Positions 26,201-37,033 of a stretch of 64,000 nucleotides of DNA are shown here, in pieces. Each line of letters starts with the position of its first letter. Positions within the stretch are counted from its first letter, which is position 1. Origin of the DNA: Tubiluchus corallicola (lineage: Eukaryota > Animalia > Priapulida); contig JAQGDQ010000063.1 of assembly GCA_030141605.1 (NCBI GenBank), positions 372,001 through 436,000 of the forward strand, read 5' to 3'. The translations under genes and the position numbers were made by a program. The notes below the pieces were generated by a model. The model did not search any database, was not told where the DNA came from, and was given only the letters and a program-made list of their open reading frames with translations.

Positions 26201-28813
26201 TCATGCTTACTTTGACTAACCTTTTATATCCTGCATAGAGTCCAGTGACGACCTCGTTCAGTTAGCAAAGAAATTAGACAATGCAGAAATCACAGTTGAC
26301 GGTGTAGACAGGCGCGTGCAGCGTGCAAGCAGCCTACGAAATCGGAAAAGTCGCAAAAATCGTCGCAGCGAGTTGATGCTCAGCCTGAAAGCTATGGAAA
26401 GGACATTAAAAGTAGGTTAATTTTTTTTTCCATTGTTTTTTTCTTCTTAGTGAAACATAGTAATGAATTCACTCGGAATGAAGACATGACTCAGTTTCTG
26501 CTTATGCAGAGGAGAACTTGATATTGTGTTTAGTCATAGCTTTCACACGTTAATTAAAATACTGTAACGGTAGTTCAAATCCACAATTAATTAAATTTGC
26601 AATCAAACTTGAAAAGCAAAAAATGCGAAAATGGTGGAACACCTTCTAGATTTGAACCAAGGACCTTATGCTTACAAGGCAAAGACAATGACCGCCAGAT
26701 TACCGTTTTCCTGAGCGGTCACATATGTTAATGATACATATCATTATCATTAACAACCCTAATTTGATGACTTCTCATTATTTTTAGGATAAGGAAAATG
26801 AATTGCAGGAGATAAACCAACTGCTTGCTGGAAATATTTCATCTCGGCGGCTTCACGAATGGGCTCAGAGACACGAGGATTTGGTACAGAATTTATCTGC
26901 TGATTCAGCACAAGTAAGTATCACTTTGATGCATGTGTATAAAAGATGAAAAGATGCAAATAATTTAGATTTGTGAAAGCAGTAAGTGAATTAGAAAGTC
27001 TGAAAAAGTTTTGCCGATTGCCCCGTGTTTTTTGAAACGAAACTAATAGTGGAGTTGGAGCCATATATTAGACTTGTGGTAATGTAGAATTAATCACCTA
27101 ATTGTCTCAAAAACGTCTAATACGGGCCGCTTCTATGGAAAAGTATGTAAAAACTGTCGGCAGTTGTCTCAAATAACTCTGCATAATTGATTCTATATTT
27201 TTATACATGTGGTTTACACTGATGTATGTGGTGTAAACAAAGTGACGGCCCTCCAGCTATCAATCAGTGGCCGTATTATGCGGGACTTTTAATGGTCCAG
27301 ATTTTGTCCGAATTTTCTGATATCCATAAAAGTGAGGTCCGGCAAACCGAGATATTAGTGTACTGAGTCTTTCACACCATTACAATGAACAAAGTCTAGC
27401 ATTTTTTTAATTCTGTCAGCTATCAGACTATCTGTCAGTAATGGTTCTGTTAGAAATAAGTTTACAGTCTCTCAAGTTAGCTGTACATGTTTTCATTTTA
27501 CCATGATCAGTTCAGTTTTGCCTGTTAGGCCAAAAATGCACATGAAATAAATAAAAAAGTGTTTTCTTTTGAGGCTAAGAAAAGGGCATTCACCTTTTTA
27601 CTCATTTACATTTTAACAATCAGTTTAATTACAGTGTACATTATGAATATGATGAAATTACTTTCCTGATTATATCCTAATATTGGAATAATAAAACCAA
27701 CAGCCTGTTGTTCACAGCATTCCTGACAGAGCTGATTACAACTATTCTACTTCTTGTTCTGTCTTGTTCCATAGAATAGGAATCGTGAAATGACACATTT
27801 CCATTTTCTTGAGCCCATAGCTGTGTTATTGTTCCTTCTTGTTCATATTGAGTTAATTCTGTGATGTTATCCATACAAGTAATTCTATCTGCGTCTTAGC
27901 TTTCTCTCATTTATGTGCCCATCCAGTAAGAGTGTAGATATTGTTTGTCTTGTATAACAACTGCCATAAGATAGTTTTACAGAAATTGCATAAACATAAA
28001 GATGTAAGTTTATATTTTTTCATCAAACGTACTCATTTCTAATTCGCAGCCTTATTTCCTAATCATTGTGCTTGCAGCTTGCTCATTCCAAATACAGTAT
28101 AAACTCCCTAGGGATTTTAAAAGCTCGGCAGCCAAAAGTATAGTGTTCAGAATTTTGTGTTTTTCATTAGCACCCTTTGGTCCACTTTTTCTCAAATCTG
28201 TCAGGGTGCTACTGTGCAATGCCGATTAATATCCTGAAAGTCTTCACGGCTCACAGTTTTTGGAATTCAAAGTTGGCTGTAACTATTTAGCTACAAAAAT
28301 GGCATTTTGAACCTAAGCATGTTGATGGTAATTTTTACTAATATCTAGGCTCGCACCTTATTCTTTCTTTTCTGTTTTCTTTTTCGTTTCTTTTTTTATC
28401 CGCACTTTTTCATAATCAGTTTCCTCGAGGAGGATTGGAGGATCTCAACTGTTCTACTAAATTTTTATAAATACAAACCACAAAAATTGAATTTCTTGTT
28501 ACTAACAAGTAAAAAGTCACAACGTAAAAACTGCCTTACATAATTTACCTTGTTTTAGGGTCTAGCCATTTCAAAAGAGCATGTGGAACATGGAACATCA
28601 AATGCTGACAGGCAAGTTACCAGCACCTTCCAAGCTGACTCTCAAGCTGCTACTACTCCTTATGCTAGCGATGATAAAGAAAGCCTTCATAGCGCTGGAG
28701 GAGCTTCAGCAATCGCAGAAGCTGCTACTGCTGTTGTTTTCACTGAAGCCAATTCTGTGCCTACCCATGCGACAATGTCTGTAACCTTTGTTGGTCAGGA
28801 AACGGAAGTATAA
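2187..28813 (+). CDS. cnk: Connector enhancer of KSR (CNK/CNKSR family) scaffold, whole gene span; 22 coding exons, 4638 nt, ~1545 aa
   Basis: All exons are GT-AG flanked with consistent phases. Domain order is SAM, CRIC, PDZ, PH (RRVSCQDLGKGDCEGWLYK), C-terminal coiled coil (ERTLKDKENELQEINQLL), class I PDZ-binding tail ETEV*. Confidence 0.93.
2700..3245 (+). mobile_element. 3' fragment of a CR1/L2-group LINE in CNK intron 1
   Basis: KTTLYHDSFFISTPHFWNDLSEDVKNA, then MRLGTSLLAGHMF..DSLNCLC..EDPKHFFLECPRF: a typical LINE ORF2 C-terminus with a CCHC knuckle; contains stops. Confidence 0.75.
4393..4556 (+). CDS. cnk: CNK exon 2 (SAM domain)
   Basis: GLDDAVALYANQFLNNGIDGKRLL...LGVTKLGHQELLLEAIELLNRL; tttgtag| and |GTATGT. 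Confidence 0.95.
4865..5740. mobile_element. GC-richer non-autonomous repeat with three internal ~150-bp tandem units (Helentron/Helitron-associated-like)
   Basis: Units at ~5303-5452, 5453-5602 and 5603-5734 share a catatcaaatgaaaggtctcgatgaggcag-like core; no coding signal. Family assignment is by resemblance only. Confidence 0.6.
6389..6570 (+). CDS. cnk: CNK exon 3 (CRIC domain)
   Basis: CYQSESETVQSLSLAL...LMTASKALISWLDR; ttctag| and AG|GTAATT, phase 0 to 2. Confidence 0.93.
7257..7398 (+). CDS. cnk: CNK exon 4 (CRIC domain)
   Basis: YPFDDDDDFWNYRNHVVNLSLEITT...ISKK; phase 2 to 0; completes WLDRYPF. Confidence 0.92.
7701..7817 (+). CDS. cnk: CNK exon 5 (CRIC end, PDZ start)
   Basis: CQKLIEYCEDLVQRSRDPIVCQPVYFEIAVIKRHINEEW; ctgcag| and |GTGAGT. 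Confidence 0.92.
9070..9129 (+). CDS. cnk: CNK exon 6 (PDZ)
   Basis: GMHIQSSYLGTHIISSIYMN; tttag| and |GTGAGT, 60 nt. Confidence 0.92.
12071..12139 (+). CDS. cnk: CNK exon 7 (PDZ)
   Basis: SPADKSDKLEAGDEIIQVNGQTI; tttcag| and |GTAAGT. Confidence 0.95.
12975..13240 (+). CDS. cnk: CNK exon 8 (PDZ end and linker)
   Basis: LGWPLKKLVAALREHSTEVILTLKKQP...; ggcag| and AT|GTATGT, phase 0 to 2. Confidence 0.92.
13647..13938 (+). CDS. cnk: CNK exon 9 (acidic linker)
   Basis: Open frame KAANVKLAK...EMSPNN; atatag| and |GTACGT, phase 2 to 0. Confidence 0.78.
14330..14379 (+). CDS. cnk: CNK exon 10 (VDSDTSTNQSSEVPFQ)
   Basis: ttacag| with a ctaac branch-point-like motif ~20 nt upstream; AG|GTAGAT. Phase 0 to 2 is required to join exons 9 and 11. 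Confidence 0.65.
15579..15672 (+). CDS. cnk: CNK exon 11 (YVVRIVGGIPQRTP...)
   Basis: ttttag| and AAG|GTAACG, phase 2 to 0, open frame. Confidence 0.85.
15913..15967 (+). CDS. cnk: CNK exon 12 (PKHREAKSFIRKKRHGSV)
   Basis: tttcag| and G|GTAAGT, phase 0 to 1. Confidence 0.85.
16251..16405 (+). CDS. cnk: CNK exon 13 (PH domain start)
   Basis: GNRRVSCQDLGKGDCEGWLYKWKEQKGLLGSRWTKRWCILKNQNLYYY, the CNK/IPCEF1 PH signature. Confidence 0.96.
17714..17790 (+). CDS. cnk: CNK exon 14 (PH)
   Basis: DDKAEGVLYMPGFNISPAPELKTTK; tttag| and TA|GTAAGT. Confidence 0.94.
18920..18988 (+). CDS. cnk: CNK exon 15 (PH)
   Basis: YAFKAHHPGTTFYFAAERQEDVT; tttcag| and AA|GTAAGT. Confidence 0.94.
19703..19794 (+). 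CDS. cnk: CNK exon 16 (PH C-terminal helix)
   Basis: KWMNKMGLAAINFD...; tttcag| and A|GTAAGT. Confidence 0.93.
20095..20230 (+). CDS. cnk: CNK exon 17 (FYSESEES, Ser-rich)
   Basis: Post-PH YSES motif; tttcag| and AG|GTTAAG, phase 1 to 2. Confidence 0.88.
20330..20990 (-). mobile_element. Highly decayed LINE-like fragment (possible L1/Tx1 RT zinc-binding region)
   Basis: Minus ORF 20457-20870 contains FLTIWNILIEQELAFTT...YPIQNLKQEKFLCMYF, which loosely resembles the post-RT zinc-binding motif; strong strand skew. Confidence 0.3.
21295..21480. mobile_element. One end of a non-autonomous DNA transposon (MITE remnant)
   Basis: Clustered ttcgg/cggtt subterminal motifs, a duplicated tagaaatttggtttaaattcggtt, and terminus gatgcatccct (reverse complement AGGGATGCATC). 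The partner TIR was not found. Confidence 0.5.
21768..22811. mobile_element. hAT-type MITE with 8-bp TSD
   Basis: Ends tAGGGGTGT ... ACACCCCTg, flanked by attatgga (21760-21767) and attatgca (22812-22819), 7/8 identical; repeated gggatc/ggttcagga-like subterminal motifs. Confidence 0.75.
22970..24939 (+). CDS. cnk: CNK exon 18, giant 1970-nt exon encoding a Ser/Asp/Glu-rich, probably disordered region
   Basis: Lies within the 690-aa ORF; atacag| and G|GTAGGT. Phase 2 to 1 exactly bridges exons 17 and 19/20. Confidence 0.85.
25941..25976 (+). CDS. cnk: CNK exon 19, candidate 36-nt symmetric cassette exon (GELKCVDSAKVK)
   Basis: actaaacag| and AAAG|GTACTT, phase 1 to 1, no stop. Confidence 0.55.
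26239..26411 (+). CDS. cnk: CNK exon 20 (C-terminal conserved region)
   Basis: SSDDLVQLAKKLDNAEITVDG...LKAMERTLK; gcatag| and |GTAGGT. Confidence 0.9.
26628..26712 (-). mobile_element. Degenerate tRNA-derived (SINE-head-like) sequence
   Basis: Reverse complement reads ...tctggcggtcattgtctttgccttgtaagcataaggtccttGGTTCAAATCtag..., with a B-box-like motif at tRNA-like spacing. Stems are not intact. Confidence 0.4.
26788..26913 (+). CDS. cnk: CNK exon 21 (coiled coil)
   Basis: DKENELQEINQLLAGNISSRRLHEWAQRH; ttttag| and |GTAAGT. Confidence 0.9.
27262..27362. mobile_element. Tc1/pogo-type MITE end remnant
   Basis: ccgtattatgcggga...gtccggcaaaccgagatattagtgTA resembles TA-flanked MITE termini; the partner end was not identified. 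Confidence 0.35.
28559..28813 (+). CDS. cnk: CNK terminal exon 22, ends GQETEV*
   Basis: ttttag|GGT, phase 0. ETEV is a class I PDZ-binding motif comparable to the vertebrate CNK2 ETHV tail. Confidence 0.88.
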   Translation, partial: GLAISKEHVEHGTSNADRQVTSTFQADSQAATTPYASDDKESLHSAGGASAIAEAATAVVFTEANSVPTHATMSVTFVGQETEV

Positions 28814-30630
28814 GTTTCTTAATTTTGCTGTAAAACTCACTGCTACAGTGGATGCCGCTGAATAGATTCACTTTGGGATAAAGTGTTTTGACTCAGTTAC
28901 CAACTGATTCAATTAGCCGATGTGTGTAGCATTACTGCTACAGAAGCATAAGTCATAAGTGATCAGCCTAGTGTGCATTGCAAAGCCTTTAAATGAATTT
29001 TAGAAATGAATTAATGTCGAAATTGAATATTTTTATGTCCAATTTTTTAAGAATATTAATTTATATAAGTGAATTAATAAAAAGATAAAATAAAATAATT
29101 GAACAAATCTGTTTATTACACTAATAATTGCAAAAACTCATGAAAGGTCGGTTGTTTCGTTTCTTCACAAAGAAGTTGGTTTATAAAGTTCTCAGTAAAT
29201 ACTGAAAAAGTTTTATCAGTAAGTACACGTAAAAACATTGAAAATCTGTTACTGTATGGCTGCACACATTTACTCTAAACACTTAATGCTTGACATGTTT
29301 GAGCTTCAGTTAGTGCTAACCATGTTTTCCCTATGAAAAGCAGCAAGAATTTTAAAAGGAAAAAACCATTAGGCAAGTGATTACATGCTTAACTTCCCGA
29401 AACAAGAAAGTTAATTCTAACAGACAAGAAGGTGACAGAGTAAAACCGCCGTGGTAGCATATCAGCACGTGAGAAATGTACCTGCTTACAAATAAAGTGG
29501 TACATGATTGTTTCTATGTACATTATAGTGCACAAACTCTTTCGTTACACAAAAATATCTTATTTGAAGCACACGAAGCAAAATTGTTGAATCAACTATG
29601 CAGAGTTTTTTGAGTCAGTTGTGGGCAGTTTTATATACTTAAATGTAGCAGCCTTACCAGATGTTTCTGAGTGAATCAGGCGACTGATTCTATTAACTGC
29701 GAATCTAATAAATTGTGCCTACTGTATCCACTTCTTCTTGAATGCTTTTCCTTTTCAAAATTCCAATGGAGGAATGTTCCAAAACTAGGTTGTTAAGCTA
29801 ACACATAACCTAAATAGCCAAAATCTTTCTAGCGTTGCACATAGTTAGCAACTGTTAATGTGTCAGAAGCATGCCAATTTTGTCATAGCATAATAAGTGC
29901 CAATATGCAGTGCCAATAGATGTAGACATAGACAGCCATTTTGTATTTATAATGCTTTATTAGTAGCCTTAATCTTCTTGCCAATACACCTAATAGATAA
30001 AACTTGCTGTAAGATTTTGAATTCATAAACTTCGTATGAGTCATCTTGAAATTTCCTGTCGCAGTCGTCATTTGCAGTATTTATCCCATAGCTAGTCATT
30101 GTTTATTTGACATCAGACTGCTAACAGTATGTTACATGATGTGGGAGTTAGCAGTATTGCTAAACCACTAATAAGGTTTTCTACGATGATTATGATGAAC
30201 AAAGAATGTGTTCCCAGTTCAAATTTTAGATTTTAAATTTCTGCGACTTACCCTATGAACAAACAGCAATTGTTTTGAGTTGTTTTTTATTATTTGCACA
30301 ATGTAAAGAGCAGTAAAAGTCATGCGTATGTACTAGATTAGCCACCAAATGATAAAAATTTTTGAATTGGACTATTAACATTGCAGCATACTATATTGCT
30401 ATGAGCAAGTTTGCCTGTTGTACACTTGTTTTTATGTATGAATTGTTTTCACAGATATTTATGTTTCATAATCAGTATAATTGGAATCTTCTTCTTTGTG
30501 ATAATACGTTAACTTCATCAAATTGATGGCTGTAACACATGACTGTGCTCTCAGCTTGTGAATGTCGTGCTAGAGTGAAACCTAGTGAAATGCAAATAAA
30601 AATAGTTCACAGTGTTGCATAATAAAAGAG
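28814..30630 (+). other. Probable CNK 3' UTR with several candidate poly(A) signals
   Basis: AATAAA at 29076, 29491, 30595 and 30621; which are used is unknown. Confidence 0.45.
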
Positions 30631-30639
30631 TTAGTAATA

Positions 30640-32720
30640 TCCCCAAGCTCCTCAAGGGGCGCCACATCCTGCACCGCATTCAACATGTGGTGGAGTACAT
30701 TAATCTAGTTTAGATCGAGCATATGGCACTCCTGAATAAGTTGAGAGTGTCAAGCTGGACTGTTGACTCTGCGGTGCGCGGAAAAAAAAGAGTGAAGGTG
30801 GTATTGCAAAATGTTCTCCCATAGTGGTCCAAGGTAAATCTTGCAGCTCTTCCCTGAACTGATTCCAAATTTTGTTACTAAATCGATGCTGTGTGGATCC
30901 CAAACAGTCTAGCTATACTCAAGCGTCGTGTGCATAAAGCTCATGTATGCTCGTTCTTTAATTTCTATGTTGCTAACATCAATATTTCATCGTAGAAAGC
31001 CAAGAGTAGAGTTAGATTTAGATGTAATCTGATCTATGTAGTTAATCCACCTGAGATCACAAGAGATATTGACACCAAGGTACTTGACTGAGTGCACATG
31101 TTTTAGCAGATGTCCCTGAAGCAATTATTGGCATCTCAATGGGTTCCTTTTCCTTGTACACTGACAATCTCATCCTAGTCAACATGAAATTCCATCTTTC
31201 ATTTGCTTGACCAGGCTAAAAGTTTTTTTCCAGATCCTCTTTAAGTATTTTTACATCTTGTTCATTTTATCTGCTAAGTAAGACGTGTCGTCAGCAAACA
31301 GGCGCACTTTAGACCGCAAACCTTCGGTGATGTCATTTGTGTAGAAGAGGAAAAGGCACGGCCCAAATACAGATCCTTGAGATCTTGAGAACACCAGATT
31401 TAACAGAGGCTCTAGTCGAACGTGCACCATTGACTACAACAGATTGTGTTCGATCATTTGGGAAGCTCCCTATCGTGGTGTTCACCATACCATCAACACC
31501 AACCAAGTAAAGTTTCTCAATTTAAATACCCGTGGCTGTACTTATCAAATGCCTTGGAGAAGTCAAGCACACAAAGGTCAGTTTGGAAGCCTAGATGGCT
31601 GCATGTTTGTTGCTATATCGTTGACCAATTCAATCATTTGTGTTTCACATGATCGATAGGGGCAAAAACCATGTTTAATTGATAAAATATATTATGCCTG
31701 TCAGTGTGATGCATGAGAGAGCTGCAGATAATGTATTCCATTTTTAGATATGACACTAGTTAGGTTAATAGGACGGTAATTTGAACAAAGATATTTTTTA
31801 TCTTTTTTAAAGATAGGGGTGAAGTTTGCATGCTTCCAATCTGTAGGGACTACTCCGGATGACAATGACTTGTGAAAGATGTAAGTTAGTGGAATAGCCA
31901 ACTCATTACTCAGTTCCTTCAACACTCTGGGACTAAGGTTGTCAGGACTTTAGCAGGATTTAACTTCTTTAGCAATTTTGGAACTGAGCAATTTTAGCAA
32001 TTTAGCAGTACAACCTGGAACTGTTGTACTAATTTGAGGGATAGATGGAACAGAGGGAATCACATGATTACTGGAGGGGCCAGTCTCTCTGGTAAAGGCA
32101 CTCTGGAACTGATTGTTCAAGGCTTCAGCTTTGCCTTTTGGATCAGCAATGAGCTTGCCATCTACTTTTACGGGTACAATTCCATTGAAATCTACAGGTT
32201 TATGTTTTGATAAATTTCCAAAAAACATTCCTGAAAAGCACTAGACTGCTGTGGAGTAATGATTTCATTGCTATAGGCCCAGTATGCACTGAGAATATCC
32301 TGTTGAACTTCTCTCTTCAAAGCTAAAAACCTCTGCTCAGCTTGTGCACCGCCAGTATTTTTACTAATAGAATACGCTCTATCCCTAAGTCGGATTATCC
32401 TTTTGAGTGCATTGTTGATCCATGACTGGCTTGCTTGGGTCTTGGTTTTGAGTCTGGCTTAGGTCTTTATGATATAGTGGAATCTGACGTGCAGTTTGTT
32501 TTCTTCTAGTTGGTTTAATATTAAGTTCCATGTAAACTATATCGTGGTCTGATATACCAGGAAGTGTATGAGTCCTTGAAATTTGGTTCGGTCGATAGGC
32601 GATAATAAGATCAAAAATGTTATCGTGGCGAGTAAAGACATTCACTATTTGTGTGAAACCATGATCACTAATTGAGCTGTCAAACTTGTTATGCAGGTTT
32701 ACATATGGAATTCAGAGTGT
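30640..32720 (-). mobile_element. Decayed, internally deleted non-LTR retrotransposon (RTE-X/CR1-like ORF2: endonuclease end plus reverse transcriptase)
   Basis: Minus-strand motifs in order: FTRHDNIFDLI...PGISDHDIV (APE end), KAEALNNQFQSAFT, WKHANFTPIFKK..NYRPINLTSVISK, SVFGPCLFLFYTNDI, KVRLFADDT (~31285-31310), KYLGVNIS; many frameshifts and stops. Confidence 0.92.
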
Positions 32721-33062
32721 TGCTTCTTGACAGTATAACCTCTTTCAAAAATTTAGTTACATTACTACAACTTGTAACTTCTTTGTTACCTAATATTTTC
32801 ATTGCAATTTTTTAACTTTATTTGATAATTTTTAATTTATAATGATTTTGTGTTTTAAATGTTAGTAACTTGGCTTTTATGCTTCAGAAGTTTTCATAAT
32901 AAATATTGTGTACGTTATATTAAAACTGCTATGTAGTCATAAAAATAAATTATGAATCAGTAAAATAAAAATGTGAAAACAATAATAGTCATTGCACTTT
33001 TTCGTAGATGATGCGAATCTTCTTTTTTTAGTGACTTCATTTTATAATCCAGGTTTATAATC

Positions 33063-33891
33063 CACGAATGTTCAGGCATAATAACAATTCTCTTTCCCGT
33101 AACCAGTATTAATTACCTATTATCACTTATTTGTGTGAAATATGTGATGTGCATCTGTGCATTTACAAGGCATCTGTAATCAAATTATGAATTTGTATAA
33201 ACGTCAAAGTAATAAGGCAAGTAAACAGCAAATATATTGTAACAGCATTTTCAAAGTAAGCACTTGTAGTGAGCAGCTGATGATAAAAGGATAAACAAAT
33301 ACGAAGATTGTCGTGTATGCAACTTTTTCATAGTAACCTGGTCATCTTAGTTGGTACGTTTGCTTCGATCTGTAAGAATCTGTTTCATGTTCATCCCTGC
33401 TAACCTAAAGCTATAATAAACTAAACTGAACTAATTATTACACAATTAGTAAAGTAATTGTACAGAATAATTTCTTAATAAATTAATGATATAAACTTTG
33501 ATAAAGTTTCATAAAAAATTTTGACTTCCTAAAACATAGCTATCTTGAAGCCCATAATCTCTCCTTGAATAGGTTTAGATTAGGTGCACTGACAACACTA
33601 ATAAACTATTCCACATGTTCACTACACGATGAGAAAAGAACAACTTGCAATTTGTTCTTGCATAGGGAATAATACTTGTTGAATGTGCAACTTGGGAAAA
33701 GTAATGCTGTTACAATATATTTGCTGTTTATTTGCCTTATTACTTTCACGTTTATACAAATTCATAATTTCATTACAGGTGCCTTGTAAATGCACAGATG
33801 TACATCACATATTTCACACGAATAAGTGATAATAGGTGATTAATACACTGGTAAAGGGAAAGAGAATTGATATTATGCCTGAACATTTGTG
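33063..33891. mobile_element. Foldback/MITE element with ~187-bp terminal inverted repeats
   Basis: 33063-33249 (cacgaatgttcaggcataat...tattgtaacagcatt) is the reverse complement of ~33703-33891 with scattered mismatches; non-coding ~450-bp spacer. Confidence 0.85.
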
Positions 33892-33894
33892 CCA

Positions 33895-34252
33895 ACATAC
33901 GGGAATGCAAAAGTTTGCAATGGGCAGGCACCCGTACGATTAGATATATTATGACCTAGTGACGAATATATATATTGCTGAGGTGTTGCAAACTTTTCTC
34001 TAGTTACATGAGTACTTTAAACATTTATTTTAATACTAAGTTTAATGTGAAACTTGGAAAAAGTGCCGACACATGGGAACATGAAAGTTTGTAATGGGTA
34101 GGTACCCATGCGATTACATAGACATTGAGCTAGTGACCAATACATATTTTCGCTGAAGTGTTGCAAATTTTTTTCTGGTTACACCAGCACTTGTACAGGC
34201 AACCACACAAATACACAGACGGACAACCAATATAAACCTTCACTGAGGATAT
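33895..34252. repeat. Two diverged ~125-bp direct repeats followed by an acacagacggaca motif (Helentron/DINE-like element end)
   Basis: 33895-34017 and 34069-34192 align (aaagtttg.aatggg.agg.accc.t.cgatta...ctagtgac.aata...gctga.gtgttgcaaa). Confidence 0.65.
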
Positions 34253-36339
34253 TAAGCCATTTTATTGGCTGTTTAAGGCTTTCTTCAAAACACATTTGTT
34301 TTAATCTTCTTCTATTATTTTGATCATAGTGTCCTATTATATTTTATTTTTAAATCCCTGTGTTTGAACTGGACATCGTAAATAAATTAGAATCGAAATA
34401 AATTGAAGTTGGAAGGTTTCCTTTAATAGGGCGAATCACAAATCTCAAACTACTAATAAAGTACTATTTTTACGTTCAATATTGAATATCGAATGTCGAA
34501 TATCAAACCAACTTGAGAAGGGTAAAACCGAGGACCTTTACTTAGAAAATCAAAAACTGGTAACTTTGTTCTTATGTAGTGCGTATACTATATCCAGCAT
34601 GCATGTGTGTAGGTGTCGTCTGATACTGATCATCCAATAGTTTAAGTTGCAGCTGGACAAATACTGGGGAAAGAAAGCCTGAAATGTACCGTGCCCGGTC
34701 CTGCCAAAATCTCCTCTTTTAAGAAGTTGAGAAATTTTAGGCATTACTATCGCATTCCGAATAACCGTGAATTTACAGGTATTTTTGGGGCAAAAATGCA
34801 TTTGTATGGCCAAAGTTGGCTCTGTATGCTCACTTTTCCAGGTTATTTAAGATAAGTATATTTAATTAGACTACATGTTGTCCAGAGCTGCACATAATTC
34901 CAAATAGCTGAAAGTTTCAGTCATATCAAAGCATTTAGTTTAAAACATGGAAGGTAATTATAAGATTGCTGTTTTTCCGAAAGTGCACATGGTTCAATCA
35001 CGCTTTCAGCCTTTCCCACATTCAGTAATTAATGGTTTTCTAAGCTGCCTCTGCTTAGCCCCTTATCTTAACTACACCTGTGTAAGGTTATCAGTTATTT
35101 GGACTGCATCAACATTATTTTATACCAAAAACAACAGGGTCTTCAAAACATTCAAAACGTTTGTAGAAATACTCAACAGTATTGCTTTTTATCGATTGAA
35201 AAATCACGTTAAAAACTTTGAATTTAGTAATTAATGGTTTGCTTCTAATAAATAACTATTATATTGTGCATTGTTTTATTTAAAAAGTTTGCTCTTTGGT
35301 GGAAACTGTGATGACTAACATGATGTGTAATCAGTGTTGGGTCAATTTTACTTATAAAATGTAGTGACACTCCAAATACATTTTCTGTCCTGTAAAATGG
35401 TGTCACTATAGCTGCAATTATTTTTAGAAAAAAATGGTTGTTGCAATGACAATTACTGTATGAAAGTAGTGCTACTACAATAGCCACTACTTTCCCGTTT
35501 TGCAGTGACTTCTGACTTATGAACATCGTTGATACTGTACACTGCGAATTTAGCGAAAAAAGTTAATTAATAGTGGTAATTAAATTGTTAACTGGCAGCT
35601 AAAGAAACCTAAGTACAAACACATACAACTTGTAATTAAGCAGTTCATTTACAAACTGACACTTGCAGGTCATACATTGTCAACATAATAAAAAATTATT
35701 CATTAAAATATTATTCATATGACACTTTACTATTTTATGTCATGTGATAAAATACTGTTCAAACTTCATACATGTTTATCTGCTTTAAAAATTAATTAAT
35801 TTTCTAAAGTAACAGTCAGGAAGCAACAACTGCTCGCTTTTGGGTGGAATGTGTATTGGGCACTACTGCCCAGCTCTGTAGGTAATGTACACAATTTTTA
35901 ATTTGATACATGTAGTATTTAATATTAGCTGCAACCTTATATGATCTCTGGCTTTTACTTGTTCTTTACTAATATTTCATGAACTGCCATCCTATACTTT
36001 TATTCCACACTATACTACTGTTTTTGGGCTGATATTTCCATGCTATACTATTATTCTGCTGATACCATTATTTGGAATGTGAGATAGGTGACACAAATCA
36101 AGAGAATGAGACATGTGCTGTTATGCTTGAGAGAAAAAAGAATGTCAAAGGAAGACCGGACGATTGTTTAGACTCAATCTCATTTTATTTTACTGTCCAA
36201 AATATACATTTTCTTGCCTATAAAAGTTAACATTTGTTCCCTATATTTGAGTAATTAGCTCAGAAAGTTAATTAACGGCAACTGAACACAGCTATTGCTC
36301 ACATCAGAAACTAACACTGCAGTTCATGATCATGCTTAT

Positions 36340-36460
36340 CACGGTGCCGCCTTCTATTTGTCGGCCATGCGAATGTGACAAAAAGGCGCCGCTGGCAATC
36401 TTAGAAGACTCACTGAGCCACGTGCAGCTTTGAAAGTTTAACGAAATTTGAGTATGCGAG
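36340..36460 (+). promoter_or_regulatory. Candidate INTS7 promoter / non-coding first exon
   Basis: CpG-enriched patch (cggtgccgcc, ggcgccgctgg, cacgtg) ending at donor GAG|GTAATT (36460/36461). A strong acceptor ttttgttttgttccag ends at 37021, 13 nt before the ATG. Confidence 0.55.
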
Positions 36461-37033
36461 GTAATTATTATTTGATCTAAGCTTTGATTTAAAAAAAAGC
36501 TTTTGTAGTTTTCAATATTTTAGAGCATTCTTTATTCTAAACTCGTGTTTACACAATCATCCGGTTTTTCTTTAACAGCTTGGTCCTGCACGTCATGATC
36601 TCTTATGCAAAGAAAAAAGTCTTAAAATTAACAAAAGCTAATTATCTTACCTTTGATTAGTTAGCCTCCTGATCTGGATAAAGGTTCTGCTGATCTGTAT
36701 TTAGTTGATCTAGATAAAGATATAATAGCTTTTTGCCTGTGGTTACTTTGTAACTGTACTCTTGATGTGTTGGTCTGGTTAAGCTCTGTAGTATAACTCT
36801 GTGACGGTAAGAGCAATTGCAATTATTACATGCGAGAATTACAGGCGATTAATGTCATGGTAAATACTTACCAATTGGCATGAACTATGTGAATACCTAA
36901 GAATATCTTAATAACCTGAGTGTTTTAAATAAGTACGTTGATTGATGGTGTAACTATACTTTGCAAGTTTTATGGAGTGTACTTTTGAAACTCCTTTTTA
37001 AACTTTTTTGTTTTGTTCCAGCCTTTAGGAACT

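Noticed and set aside
26628-26712. Functional tRNA gene
   Set aside because: A B-box-like motif is present but the cloverleaf stems cannot be formed; kept only as a SINE-like relic.
37013-37033. ORF-track start of INTS7 at 37013
   Set aside because: The TTG lies in the polypyrimidine tract of the acceptor ending at 37021; the first ATG is 37034.
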